Shown piece after piece: positions 34,201 to 48,050 of a stretch of DNA of 64,000 nt. The position numbers and the translations under genes were made by a program. The notes beneath the pieces are model-generated. The model was not told the origin of the DNA, did not search any database, and saw nothing but the letters and a program-made list of their open reading frames with translations. This DNA comes from the human T2T-CHM13v2.0 reference genome, Homo sapiens. Each line of letters starts with the position of its first letter. Position 1 is the first letter of the stretch. The stretch lies in NCBI RefSeq assembly GCF_009914755.1, contig NC_060945.1; one strand, 5' to 3'.

Positions 34201-36330
34201 AGAAATTTTGAACTCTGTGGCATGAATGCGCACATCACAAAGAAGTTTCTCAGAATGCTTCTGTGTAGTTTTTATGTGAAGATATTTCCTTTCCCAGCAT
34301 AGGCCTCAAAGCGCTCCAAATATCCACTTGCAGATTCTTCCAAAAGATTGTTTCCATACTGCTCAATCAAAGAAAGATTCAACTATGTGAGAGGAATGCA
34401 TACATCACAAAGAAGTTTCTCAGAATGCTTCCGTGTAGTTTCCCTTTCCAAAATAGGGTGGAAAGGTTTACAAATATCCACTTGCAGATTGTACAAAAAG
34501 AGAGATTCAAAACTACTCAATCAAAAGATAGGTTCAACTCTGTGAGATGAATGCACACATCACAAAGAAGTTTCTGAGAATGCTTCTGTGTAGTTTTTAT
34601 GTGAAGATATTCTTTTTCCAAAATAGGCCACAAATCGCTCCAAATATCCACTTGCAGATTGCACAAAAAGAGTGTTCCCAAACTGCTCAATCAAAAGAAA
34701 TGTTCAACTGTGAGTTGAATGCACACATCATAAAGAAGTTTCTGAGAATGCTTCTATCTGGATTTTCTGTGAAGATATTTAATTTTCCACCATAGACCTC
34801 AAAGCTGTCCAAATGTCCACTTGCAGATTGTACAAAAAGAGTGTTTCAAAACTGCTCTATCAAAAGAAAGGTTCAACTCTGTGAGTTGAATGCACACATC
34901 ACAAAGAAGTTTCTCAGAATGCTTCTGTGTACCTTTTATGTGAAGATATTTACTTTTCTACAATAGTCCTCAAAGCGTTCCAAATATCCACTTGCAGATT
35001 CTACAAAAAGAGTGCTTCCAAACTGCTCAATCAAACGAAATGGTTCAACTCTGTGAGTTGAATGCACTCATCACAAAGAAGTTTCTCAGAATACCTCTGT
35101 GTAATTTTTATGTGAAGATATTTACTTTTCCACAGTAGGCCTCAAAGCACTCCAAATATCCAATTTCAGATTCTACAAAAAGAATGTTTCCAAGCTGCAT
35201 GATCAAAAGAGAGGTTCAGCACTGTGAGATGAATGCACCCATCACAAAGGAGTTGCTGAGAATGCTTCTGTGTAGTTTTTATATGAAAATATTTCCTTTT
35301 AAAAATAGGCTGGAAAGGGCTCCCAATATCCACTTGCAGATTCTACAAAAAGAGACATGGAAAACTGCACAATTGAAAAATAGGTTCAACTCTGTGAGTG
35401 GAATGCAAACATCACAGAGAAGTTCCTCAGAATTCTTCGGTGTAGTTTTTATGTGAAGATATTTCCTTTTCCACCATAGGCCTCAAAGCGCTCTTATATC
35501 CCCTGGCAGATTCAACAAAAAGAGTGTTTCAAAACCGTTCTATCAAAAGATAGGTTCAACTCTGAGTTGAAAGCACACATTCACAATGAAGTTTCTCAGA
35601 ATGCTTCTGTGTAGTTTTTATGTGAAGATTTTTCCTTTTCCACCATAGGCCCCAAATCACTCCAAATATCCACTTGCAGATTCTACAAAAAGAGAGTTTC
35701 AAAATTGCTCTATAAAAAGATTGGTTCAGCCTGGAGAGGTGAAGGCACACATCACAAAGAAGTTTCTCAGAATGCTTCTGTGTATTTTTTATGGGAAGAT
35801 ATATCCTTTTCCACAATAGGCCTCAAAGCGCTCCAAATATCCACTTGCAGATTCTACAAAAAGAGTGTTTTAAAACTGCTCAATCAAAAGAAAGGTTCAA
35901 CTCTGTGAGACGAATGCAAACAAAACAAAGAATTTTCTGAGAATGCTTCTGTGTAGTTATGTGAATATATTTCCTTTTCCACAGTAGGCCTCTAAGCATT
36001 CCATATATCCACTTGCAGATTCTACAGAAACAGTGTTTCAAAACTGCTCAATCAAATGAAAGATTCAACTCTGTGAGATGAATGCACACATAACAAAGAA
36101 GTTGTTCAGAATTCTTCTGTGTAGTTTTTATGGGAAGACATTTCCCTTACCACCATCAGACATAAAGGGCTCCAAATAACCACTTGCAGATTGTAGAAAA
36201 AGAGAGTTTCAAAACTGCTCTCAAAAGATAGGTTCAAAATTTTGAGTTGAATGCGCACATCACAGAGCAGTTTCTCAGAATGCTTCTGTGTAGTTTTTAT
36301 GTGAAGATATTTCCTTTTCCACCATAGGCA
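28288..36330 (-). repeat. Monomeric alpha satellite, GCTTCTGTGTAG layer, inverted
   Basis: Same signature as 24879-26889. Ends at TTCCACCATAGGCA, where the orientation flips. Confidence 0.96.
28611..29294 (-). repeat. Near-identical tandem duplication of a 342-bp alpha dimer
   Basis: 28611-28952 and 28953-29294 differ at about 2 positions by eye. ORFs 28796 and 29138 are 342 bp apart and share their first ~55 aa. Confidence 0.93.
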
Positions 36331-39300
36331 CCATTGGAGCGCTTTGCGGCCAGTGGTAGAAAAACAAATATCTTCATATAAAATCTAGGCAGAAACAATC
36401 TGGGAAACTTCTTTGTGATGTGTGCTTTCATCTCACAGAGTTAAACCTTTGTTTTGATTGAGCAGTTTTGAAACTCTCTTTTCATCTCACAGAGTTAAAC
36501 CTTTCTTTTGATTGAGCAGTTCTGAAACTCCCTTTTTGTAGAATCTGCCAGTGGACATTTGGAGTGCTTTGAGATCTATGTTGGAAAAGGAAATATCTTT
36601 ACATAAAAACTAGACAGAAGAATTCTGAGAGACTTCTTTGTGATGTGTGCATTCATCTCACACAGTTTAACATTTCTTTTGATTGAGCAGTTTGGAAATA
36701 CTCTTTTTGTAGAATCTGCAAGTGGACATTTGGAGCGCTTTGTGGCCTATGGTAGAAAAGGAAATATCTTCACATAAAATCTAGACAGAAGCAATCTGAG
36801 AAACTTCTTTGTGACGTGTGCATTCTTCTCACAGAGTTAAACCTTTTTTTTTGATTGAGGAGTTTTGAAACTCTTTTTTTGTAGAATCTGCAAATGGATA
36901 TTTGGAGCGCTTTGAGGCCTATGGTGGAAAAGGGAATGTCTTCACATAAAAACTGGACTGAAGAATTGTGAGAAACTTCGTCGTGATGGGTGGGTTCATG
37001 TCATGGAGTTGAACCTTTTTTTTTTTTTTGATTGAGCAGTTTGGAAACACTCTTTTTATAGAATCTGCAAGTGGAAATTTGGAGCGCTTTGGGGCCTGTG
37101 GTAGTAAAGGAAATATTTTCACATAATATGTAGACAGAAGCAATCAAAGAAGCTTCTTTGTGATGTGTGCATTCATCTCACAGAGTTAAACCTTTATTTT
37201 GAGAGAGCAGTTTTGAAACTCTCTTTTCGTAGTATCTGTAAGTGGACATTTGGAGTGCTTTGAGGCCTATGGTGGAAAAGGTAATATCTTCACATATAAA
37301 CTAGACAGAAGAATTCTGAGATACTTCTTTGTGATATGTACGTTCATCTCACAGAGTTGAGCCTTTCTTTTGATTGAGCAGTTTGTAAACACTCTTTTTG
37401 TAGAATCTGCAATAGACATTTGGAGTGCTTTGCGGCCTATGGTAGAAAAGGAAATATCTCCACCAAAAATCAAGACGGAAGCAATCCGAGAGACTTCTTT
37501 GTGATGTGTGCATTCATCTCACAGATTTAAACCTTTCTTTTGTTTGAGCAGTTTGGAAAGTCTCTTTCTGTAGAATCTGCAAGTGGAGACTAGGAGGGCT
37601 TTGAGGCCTATGGTGGAAAAGGAAATATCTTCATATAAAAACTAGACAGAAGAATTCTGAGAAACTTGTCTGTAATGTGTGCATTCATCTCACAGAGCTG
37701 AACTTTTCTTTGGATTGAGCAGTTTGGAAACACTCTTTTTTTAAAATCTGCAAGTGGACATTTGGAGCGCTTTGCGGCCTAAGGTACAACAGGAAATAAC
37801 TTCACATAATATCTAGAGAGAAGCAATCTGAGAAGCTTCTTTGTGATGTGTGCATTCATCTCACAGAGTTAAAACTTTGTTTTGATAGAGCAGTTTTGAA
37901 ACTCTTTTTGTAGAATTTGCTAGTGGACGTTTGGAGCGCATTGAGGCCTATGGTGGAAAAGGTAATATCTTCACATATAAAGTAGACAGAGGAATTCTGA
38001 GAATCTTCTTTGTGATGTGTGCGTTCGTCTCAAAGAGTTGAAACTTTCTTTTGTTTGAGCACTTTGGAAAGACTCTTTGTAGAATCTGCAAGTGGAAATT
38101 TGGAGCGATTTGTGGCAAATGGTAGAAAAGGAAATATCTTCATATAAAATCTAGGCAGAAGCAATCTGGGAAACTTCTTTGTGATGTGTGCTTTCATCTC
38201 ACAGAGATAAACCTTTGTTTTGATTGAGCAGTTTTTAAACTCTCTTTTCGTAGCTTCTGCAAGTGGATATTTGGAGCGCTTTGGGGCCTATGGTGGAAAA
38301 GGAAATATCTTAAAATAAAAACTAGACAGAAGAATTCTGAGAAACTTCTCTGTGATGTGTGCGTTCATCTCATGGAGTTGAAACTTTCTTTTGATAGAGA
38401 AGTTTGAAAACACACTTTTCGTAGAATCTGCTAGTGGACATTTGGAGCGCTTTGTGGCCTAAGATAGAAAAGTAAATATCTTCACATAAAATCAAGACAG
38501 CAGCAATCTAAGAAGCTTCTTTGTGATGTGTGCATTCATATCACCGAGTTAACCCTTTCTTTTGATTGAGCAGTTTTTAAACTCTCTTTTTGTAAAATCT
38601 GCAAGTGGAAGTTTGGAGCTCATTGAGGTCTATGGTGGAAAAGGAAATATCTTCACATAAAAACTAGACAGAAGAATTCTGAGAAACTTCTTTGTGATGT
38701 GTGCATTCATCTCACAGAGTTGAAACTTTCTTTTGATTGAGCAGTTTGGAAACACTCCTTTTTAAGAATCTGCCAGTGGACATTTCGAGCGGTTTGCGGG
38801 CCACTGTAGAAAAGGAAATATCTTCACATAAAATCTAGACAGAAGCAATCTGAGAAACTTCTTTGTGATGTGTGCATTCATCTCACAGAGTTAAACCTTT
38901 CTTTTGGTTGAGGAGTTTTGAAAATCTCTTTTTGCAGAATCTGCAAGTGTATATTTGGAGTGCTTTGAGGCCTATGGTGAAAAGGAAATACCTTCACATA
39001 AAAACTGGACTGAAGAATTGTGAGAAACTTCCTGGTGATGAGTGGGTTCATCTCATAGAGTTGAACCTTTTTTCTGATTGAGCAGTTTGGAAACACTCTT
39101 TTTGTAGAATCTGAAAGTGGACATTTGTAGCTCTTAGCGGCCTATGGTAGAAAACGAACTGCCTTCACATAAAATCTAGACAGAAGCAATCTGATAAACT
39201 TCTTTGTCATGTATGCATTCATCTCACAGAGTTAAACCTTTCTTTCGATTGAGGGTTTTTGAAACTCTCTTTTTGTAGAATCTTCAAGTGGATATTTGGA

Positions 39301-40196
39301 GCGCTTTGAGGCCTCTAGTGGAAAAGGTAATATCTTCACATAAAAACTGGACTGAAGAGTTGTGAGAAATTTCGTGGTGATGGGTGGGTTCATCTCATGG
39401 AGTTGAACCTTTTTTCTGATTGAGCAGTTTGGAAACACTCTTTTTGTAGAATCTGCAAGTGGACATTTCTCACGCTTTGCAGCCTATGGAAGAAAACTTA
39501 ATACCTTCACATAAAATCTAGACAGAAGCAATCTGAGAAACTTCTTTGTATTCTGTACATTCACCTCACAGTGTTAAACCATTCTTTTGATTGAGCAGTT
39601 TTGAAAGTATCTTTTGTAGAAACTGCAAGTGGACATTTGGAGTGCTTGGTGGCCTATGGTGGAAACGATAATATCTTCACATAAGAACTAGACAGGAGAA
39701 TGATGAGAAACTACTTTGTGAGGTGTGCGTTCATCTCACAGAGTTGAAACTTTCTTTTGATTGAGCAGTTTGGAACCACTCTTTTTGTCAAATCTGCAAG
39801 TGGACATTTGGAGCACTTAGCGGCCAATGGAAGAAAAGGCAATATCGTCACATAAAATCTAGACAGAAGCAATCTGAGAAACTTCTTTGTGATGTGTGCA
39901 TTCATCTCACAGAGTTAAACCTTTGTTTTGGTTGAGCAGTTTTGAAACTGTCTTTTAGTAGAATCTCCAAGTGGACATTTGGAGGGCTTTGAGGCCTACG
40001 GTGGAAAAGTAGATATCTTCACATAAAAAAATAGAGAGAAGAATTATGAGAAACTTCTTTGTGACGTTTGCGTTCATCTCACAGAGTTGAACCTTTCTTT
40101 TGATTGAGGAGTTCGGAAACACTCTTTTTGTAGAATCTGCAGGTGGACATTTTGAATACTTTGTGGCCTATGGTAGAAATGGAAATATCTTCATAT
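36331..40196 (+). repeat. Dimeric-type alpha satellite block in opposite orientation to its flanks
   Basis: Monomers alternate between GGTAGAAAAG..AAATCTAGACAGAAGCAATCTGAG..GAGTTAAAC and GGTGGAAAAG..AAAACTAGACAGAAGAATTCTGAG..GAGTTGAAC, with GTGGACATTTGG. Confidence 0.93.
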
Positions 40197-43100
40197 CACA
40201 AAGAGAGTGTTTCAAAACTGCTCAATCAAAAGAAAGGTTCAACTCTGTGTGATGAATGCACTCATCACAAAGAAGTTTCTCTGAATGCTTCTGTGTAGTA
40301 TTAATTTGAAGATGTTTCCGTTTCCACCATAGGGCACAAAGGGATCCAAATGTCCACTTCCACATTCTACAAAAACAGAGATTCTAAACAGCTCAATCAA
40401 AAGATAGGCTCAAATCTGTGAGTTGAATGCACACATCACAAAGAAGTTTCTCAGAATGCTTCTGTGTAGTTTTTATGTGAGGAAATTTGCTTTTCCACGG
40501 TAGGCTTCAAAGCACTCCAAATATCCAATTGCAGATTCTACAAAAACAGTGTTTCCAAAGTGCTCAATAAAGGAAAGGATCAATTCTGTGAAATGAATGA
40601 ACACATCACAAAGAAGTTTCTCAGAATGCTTCTGTGTATTTTTTGTTTGAAGATATTTCCTTTTCCACCTTAGGCCACAAAGGGCTCCAAATATCCACTT
40701 GCAGATTCTTCAAAAAGAGAGATTCAAAACTGCTCAATCAAAAGATAGGTTCAACTCTGTGAGTTGAATGCACACATCACAAAGAAGTTTCTCAGAATGC
40801 TTCTGTGTAGTATTTACGTGAAGATATTTCTTTTTCACAGTAGTACTCAAAATGTTCCAAATATCCACTTGCAGATTCTATAAAAAGAGTGCTTCAAAAC
40901 TGCTCAATCATAAGATACGTTCAACCCTGTGAGATGAATGCACACATCACAGAGAAGTTTCACAGAATGCTTCTGTGTAGTTTTTATTTGAAGATATTTC
41001 CTTTTCCACCATAGGCCGCAAAGTGCTCCAAATATCCACTTGCAGATTCTACAAAAAGAGAGGTTCAAAGGTGCTCAATCAAAAGATCGGTTCAACTTTT
41101 TGAATTGACTGCAAACATCACAAAGAAGTTTCTCAGAATGCGTCTGTGTAGTTTTTATGTGAAGATATTTCTTTTTCCACAATAGGCCACAAAGCTCTCC
41201 AAATATCAATATGTAGATTCTCCAAAAAGAGAGATTCCAAACTGCTCAATCAAAAGATAGCTTCAACTCTGTGATTTGAATGCACACCTCATGAAGAAGT
41301 TTCTCAGAATGCCTCTGTGTAGTCTTTATGTGAAGATATATGCTTTTCCACAGTACCCCTCAAAGCGCTCCAAATATCCATTTGCAGATTCTGCAAAAAG
41401 AGAGATTTGAAAGTGCTCAGTTCAAAGATAGGTGCAACTCTGTGAGTTGAATGCACAGATAACAACGACATTTCCCAGAATGCTTCTGTGTAGTTTTTAT
41501 GTGAAGATATTTCCTTTTCCAAAAGAGTCCTCAAAGCTCTCCAAATATCCACTTCCAGATTCTACAAAAAGATTTTTTCAAAACTACTCAATCAAAAGAA
41601 ATTGTCAACACTGTGTGATGAATGCACTCAACACAAAGAAGTTTCCCAGAATGCTTCTGTATAGTTTTTATTTGAAGATATTTCCTTTTCTACCATATGG
41701 CACAAAGGACTCCAAATATCCAGTTGCAGATTCTACAAAAAGAGAGATTCAAAACTGCTGAATCCAAAGATAGTTTCAACTGTGTGAGTTGAATGCACAC
41801 ATAACAAAGGAGTTTCTCAGAATGCTTCTGTGTAGTTTTTAGGTGAAGATATTTGATTTTTCACAGTACGCCTCAGAGAGCTCCAAATATCCACTTGCAG
41901 ATTCTGAAAAAAGAGAGATTCAAAACTGTTCAATCAAAAGATAGGTAAAACTCTGTGAGTTGATTGCACACATCACCAGGAAGTTTCTCTGAATAGTTCT
42001 GTGTAGTTTTTATGTGAAGATATTTTCTTTTCCAAAATATACCTCAAAGCCCTCCAAATATCCACTTCCAAATTCTACCAAAAGAGTGTTTCAAAACTTC
42101 TCAATCAATAGAAAGTTCAACTCTCTGTGATGAATACACTCATCACAAAGAAGTTTCTCTGCATGCTTCTGAGTAGTTTTATTTGAAGATATTTCCTTTT
42201 CCTCCATAAGGCACTAAGGGCTCCAAATATCCACGTGCAGATTCTAACAAAAGATAAATTCAAAACTGCTCAATCAAAATATAGGTTCAACTCTGTGAGT
42301 TGAATGCACATATCACAAAGAAGTTTCTCAGAATGCTTCTGTGTAGTTTTTATTTTGAGATATTTCCTTTTCCACAATAGACCTCAAATCTCTCCAAACA
42401 TCCACTTGCAGATTCTGCAAAAAGAGAGATTCAAGACTGCTCAATGAAAAGATAACCTCGACTCTGTCATTTGAATGCACACCTCACATAGTAGTTTCTC
42501 AGAATTCTTCTGTGTAGTTTTTATGTGAAGATATTTGCTTTTCCAAAGTAGGCCTCAAAGGGCTCAAAATCTCCCCTTGCAGATTCTGCAAAAAGAGAGA
42601 TTCCAAACTGCTCAATCAAAAGATAGGTTCACCTCTGTGTGACGAATGCACTCATCACAAAGAAGTTTCCCAGAATGCTTCTGTGTAGTTTTTATGTGAA
42701 GATATATCCTTTTCCACCCTAGGGCACATAGGGCTCCGGATATCCACTTGCAGATTCTACCAAAAGGGAGATTCAAAACTGCTGAGTCAAAAGATAGGTT
42801 CAATTCTGTGAGTTGAATGCACACATAACAAAGAAGTTTCGCAGAATGCTTCTGTGTAGTATTTATGTGAAGATATTTCCTTTTGCACAATAAGACTCAA
42901 ATCTCTCCTAATATCCACTTGCAGGTTCTACAAAAAGAGTGTTTCCAAACTGCTCAATCAAAAGAAAGCTTAAACTCTGTGAGATGAATGCACACATCAC
43001 AAAGAAGTTTCTCAGAATGCTTCTGTGTAGTTTTTATATGAAGATAATTGCTTTTCCTCAGTAGGCATCAAAGCACTCAAAACATCCAATTGCAGATTCT

Positions 43101-46100
43101 ACAAAAACAGTTTCAAAACTGCTCAATCAACAGAAGGGATCAACTCTGTGAGATGAGTGCACACATCATGAAGAAGTTTCTCATATTTCCTTTTCCACAA
43201 TAGGCCTCAAAGCACTCCAAATATCCACTTGCAGATTCTACAAAGAAGTGTTTCAAAACTTCTCAATCATAAGATAGGTTCAACCCTGTGAGATGAATGC
43301 ACACATCACAAAAAGTTTCTCAGAATGCTTCTGTGTAGTTTTTACGTGAAGACATTTCCTTTTCCATAATTGACCTGAAATCGCTCCAAATATCCTCTTG
43401 CAGATCCTACAAAAAGAGTGTTTCAAAACTGCTCAATCAAAAGAAAGGTTCAACTCTGTGAGGTGAATGCACACATCACAAAGAAGTTTTTCAGAATGCT
43501 TCTGTATAGTTTTTAGGTGGAAATATCTGCTTTTCCACAGTAGGCCTCAAAGGGCTCTATGTGTCCACTTGCAAATTAAACAAAAAGAGTTTTTCAAAAC
43601 TGCTCAATCATAATATAGGTTCAACCATGTGAGATGAATGCACACATGACAAAGAAGTTCCTCAAAATGCTTTTCTGTAGTTTTCATTTGAAGATATTTC
43701 CTTTTCCACCATAGGCCAGAAAGGGCTCCAAATATCCACTTGCAGATTCTACAAAAAGAGAGATTCAAAACTGCTCAATCAAAATATAGGTTCAACTCTG
43801 TGAGTTGAATGCACACATCACAAAGAAGCTTCTCAGAATGCTTCTGTGTAGTTTTTATTTGAAGATATTTCCTTTTCCACAATAGGCCTCAAATCGCTTC
43901 AAATATCCAATTGCAGATTGTACAAAAAGAGTGTTTCGAAACTACTAAATCAAAAGAAAGTTTCAACTCTATGAGATGAATGCACACATAGCAAATAAGT
44001 CTCTCAGAATGCTTCTGTGCAGTTTTCATGTGAAGATATTTGCTTTTCCACAGTAGGCCTCCAAGCGCTCCAAATATCCACTTGCAGATTCTACAAAAAG
44101 AAAGATTCAAAACTGCTCAATCAAAAGATCGGTTCAACTCTGTGAGTTGAATGCACACATCACAAAGAAGTTTCTCAGAATGCTTCTGTGTATTTTTTAT
44201 GTGAAGATATTTCCTTTTCCACAATAGGCCTCAAAGCTCTCCAAAGGTCCACTTGCAGATTCTGCAAAAAAAGAGATTCAAAACTGCTCAATCAAAGTAT
44301 AGGTTTGACTGTGTGAGTTGAATGCACACCTCAGAAAGAAGTTTCTCAGAATGCATCTGCATAGTTTTTATTTGAAGATATGTGCTTTTGCATTGTAGGC
44401 CTCAAAGCGCTACAGATATCCACTTTCAGATCTGCAAAACGAGAGATTCAAAACTGCTGAATCAAAAGAAACGTTCAACTGTTTCTGATGAATGCACTCA
44501 TCACAAAGAAGTTTCTTTGAATGCTTCTGTGTAGTTTTTATTTGAAGATATTTTCTTTTCAATCATAGGGCAAAAAGGGCTACAAGTATCCACTTGCGGA
44601 TTATTCAAAAAAAGAGATTGAAAACTGCTCAGTCATAAGATAGGTTCAATCCTGTGTGATGAATGCACACATCACAAAGAAGTTTTTCAGAATGCTTCTG
44701 TGTAGTTTTTAGGTGAAGATACTTCCTTTTCCACAATAGGCCTGAAATCGCTCCAAATATCCACTTGTAGATTCTACAAAAAGTGTGTTTCAAAACTGCT
44801 CAATCAAAAGAAAGGTTCAACTCTGTGAGTTGAATGCACACATCACAGAGAGGTTTCTCAGAATGCTTCTGTGAAGTTTTTATATGAAGATATTTGATTT
44901 TCCACAGTTGGCCTCACAGTGCTCCAAATATCCACTTTTAGTTTCTGCAAAATGAGAGATTCAAAACTGCTCAATAAAAAGAAACGTTCAACTCTGTGTG
45001 ATGAATGCACTCATCACAAACAAGTTTCTCTGAATGCTTCTGTGTTGTTTGTATTTGAAGATATTTCCTTTTCCACCATAGGGCGCAAATGGCTCCAAAT
45101 ATCCACTTGCAGATTCTACAGAAAGAGAGATTCAAAACTGCTCAATGAAAAGATAAGTTCAACTCTGTGAGTTGTATGCACATATCACAAAGAAGTTTCT
45201 CAGAATGCTTCTGTGTAGTTTTTATGTGAAGACATTTTCTTTTCCACCATAGGCCACAAAGGGCTCCAATTATCCACTTACAAAAAGAGTGTTTCAAAAC
45301 TGCTCAATCAAAAGAAAGGTTCAACTCTGTGAGATGAATGCACACATTACAAACAAGTTTCTCAGAATGCTACTGTGTAGTTTTATATGAATATATTTGC
45401 TTTTCCATGGTAGGCCTCAAAGCGCTCCAAATATTCATTTTCAGATTCTACAAAAAGAGTGTTTCAAAACTGCTCAATCATAAGATAGGTTTAACCCTGT
45501 GTGATGAATGCACATATCACAAAGATGTTTCTCAGAATGCTTCTGTGTAGTTTTTATGTGGAGATATTTCCTTATCCACAATAGGCTGCAACGGGCTCCA
45601 AATATCCACTTGCAGATTCTACAAAAGCAGAGATTCAAAACTGCTCAATCAAAAGATAGGTTCCAATCTGTGAGTTAAATGCACACATCACTAAGAAGTT
45701 TCCCAGAATGCTTCTGTGTATTTTTTATTGGAAGATATATCCTTTTCCACAACAGGCTTCAAACTCTCCAAATATCCACTTGCAGATTCTGCAAAAAGAC
45801 TGTTTCAAAACTGCTCAATAAAAAGAAATGTTCAACTATGTGTGATCAACGCACTCATCACAAATTACTTTCTCTGAGTGCTTCTGTGTAGTTTTTATTT
45901 GAAGATATTTCCTTTTTCACCACAGGGGGCAAAGGGCTCCAAATATCCACTTGCAGATTCTATAAAAAGAGAGATTCAAAACTGCTCAATAGAAAGATAG
46001 GTTCAACTCTGTGAGTTGAATGTACACATCACAAAGAAGTTTCTCAGAATGCTTTTGTGTAGTTTTTATGTGAAGATATTTCCTATACCACAATAGGCCT

Positions 46101-48050
46101 CAAATCGCTCCAAATATTCACTTGCTGATTCTACAAAAAGAATGTTTCAAAACTGCTCAATCAAAAGAAAGGTTCACCCTTGTGAGATGAAGGCACACAT
46201 CACAAAGAAGTTTCTCAGAATGCTTCTGTGTATTTTTTATGGGAAGATATTTCCTTTCCCAAACTAGGCCTCAAATAGCTCCAAATATCCACGTGCAGAT
46301 TCTACAAAAAGAGTGTTTCAAAACTGCTCTATCAAAAGAAAGGTTCAACTCTGTGAGATGAATGCAAACAAAACAAAGAAGTTTCTGAGAATTCTTCTGT
46401 GTAGTTATATGAAGATATATCCTTTTCCACAATAGGCCTCAAAGCATTCCACATATCCACTTACAGATTCTACAAAAAGAGTGTTTCAAACTGCTCAATC
46501 CAATGAAAGGTTCAACTCTGTGAGATAAATGCACACATAACAAAGAAATTTCTCAGAATTCTTCTGTGTAGTTTCTATGGGAAGATATTACCCTTACCAC
46601 CATCGGCCACAAAGAGCTCCAAATAACCACTTGCAGCTTGTACAAAAAGAGAGTTTCAAAACTGCTCCCAAGAGATAGGTTCAAATCTGCGAGTTGAATG
46701 CACACATCACAGAGAAGTTTCTCAGAATGCTTCTGTGTAGTTTTTATTTGAAGATATTTCCTTTTCCACCATAGGCTGCAAAGGGCTCCAGATATCCACT
46801 TTCAGATTCTACAAAAGGAGAGTCTTAAAACTGCCCTATCAAAAGAGTGGTAAAACTCTATGAGATGAAGGCACACATTACAAAGAAGTTTCTCAGAATG
46901 CTTCTGTGTAGTTTTTATGTAAAGATTTTTCCTTTTCCACTATAGGCCTCAAAACATTCCAAATATCCACTTGCAGATTCTACAAAAAGTGTGTTTCAAA
47001 ACTGCTCTATCAAAAGAAAGTTTCAACTCTGTGAGATGAATGCACACATCAGAAAGAATTTTCTCAGAATGCTTCTGTCTAGTTTTTATGTAAAGATATT
47101 TCCTTTTCCACCATAGGCCTGAAAGGGCTCCAAATATCCACTTGCAGATTCTACAAAAAGAGAGTTTAAAAACTGCTCTATCAAATGAAGGGTTCAGCTC
47201 TGTGAGATGAATGCACACATCACAAAATAGTTTCTCAGAATGCTTCTGTGTAGTTTTTATGGGAAGATATTTCCTTTTCCACCTTTGGCCACAAAGGTCT
47301 CCAAATAAACACTTGCAGATTCAACAAAAAGAGTGTTTCAAAACCTCTCTATCAAAAGATAGATTCAACTCAGTGAGTTGAAGGCACACATTCACAATGA
47401 AGTTTCTCAGAATGCTTCTGTGTAGGTTTTATGTGATGATTTTTCCTTTTCCACCATAGGCCCCAAATCACTTCAAATATCCACTTGCAGATTCTACAAA
47501 AAGAGAGTTTCGAAACTGCTCTATAAAAATATTGGTTCAGCCTGTTGAGATGAAGGCACACATCACAAAGAAGTTTCTCAGAATGCTTCTGTATGCTTTT
47601 TATGTGAAGACGTTTCCTTTCCCTCCATAGGTCTCAAAGCCCTCCAAATATCTAATTGCAGATTCTACAAAAAGAATGTTTCCAAACTGCTGTATCAAAA
47701 TAAAGACTCAAGTCTGTGAGATGAATGCACACATCAAAAAGAAGTTTCTCAGAATGCTTCTGTGTAGTTTTTATGTGAAGACATTTACTTTTCCACAATA
47801 GGCCTCAAACGGCTCCAAATATCCCCTTGTAGATTATACAAAGAGAGTGGTTCCAAACTGCTGATTCAATGGAAACGTTCAACTCTGCGACATGAATGCA
47901 CACATCCCAAAGAAGTTTCTGAGAATGCTTCTGTGCAGATTTTATGTGAAGGTATTTCATTTTCCAGAACAGGGCTCAAAGTGCTACAAATATCCACTTG
48001 CAGATTCTACAAAAAGAGTGTTTCAAAACTACTCAATCAAAGTAAGTTTC
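40197..48050 (-). repeat. Monomeric alpha satellite, GCTTCTGTGTAG layer, inverted
   Basis: Same family signature as 24.9-36.3 kb, with frequent AGAGATTCAAAACTGCTCAATCAAAAGATAGG. Confidence 0.95.
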
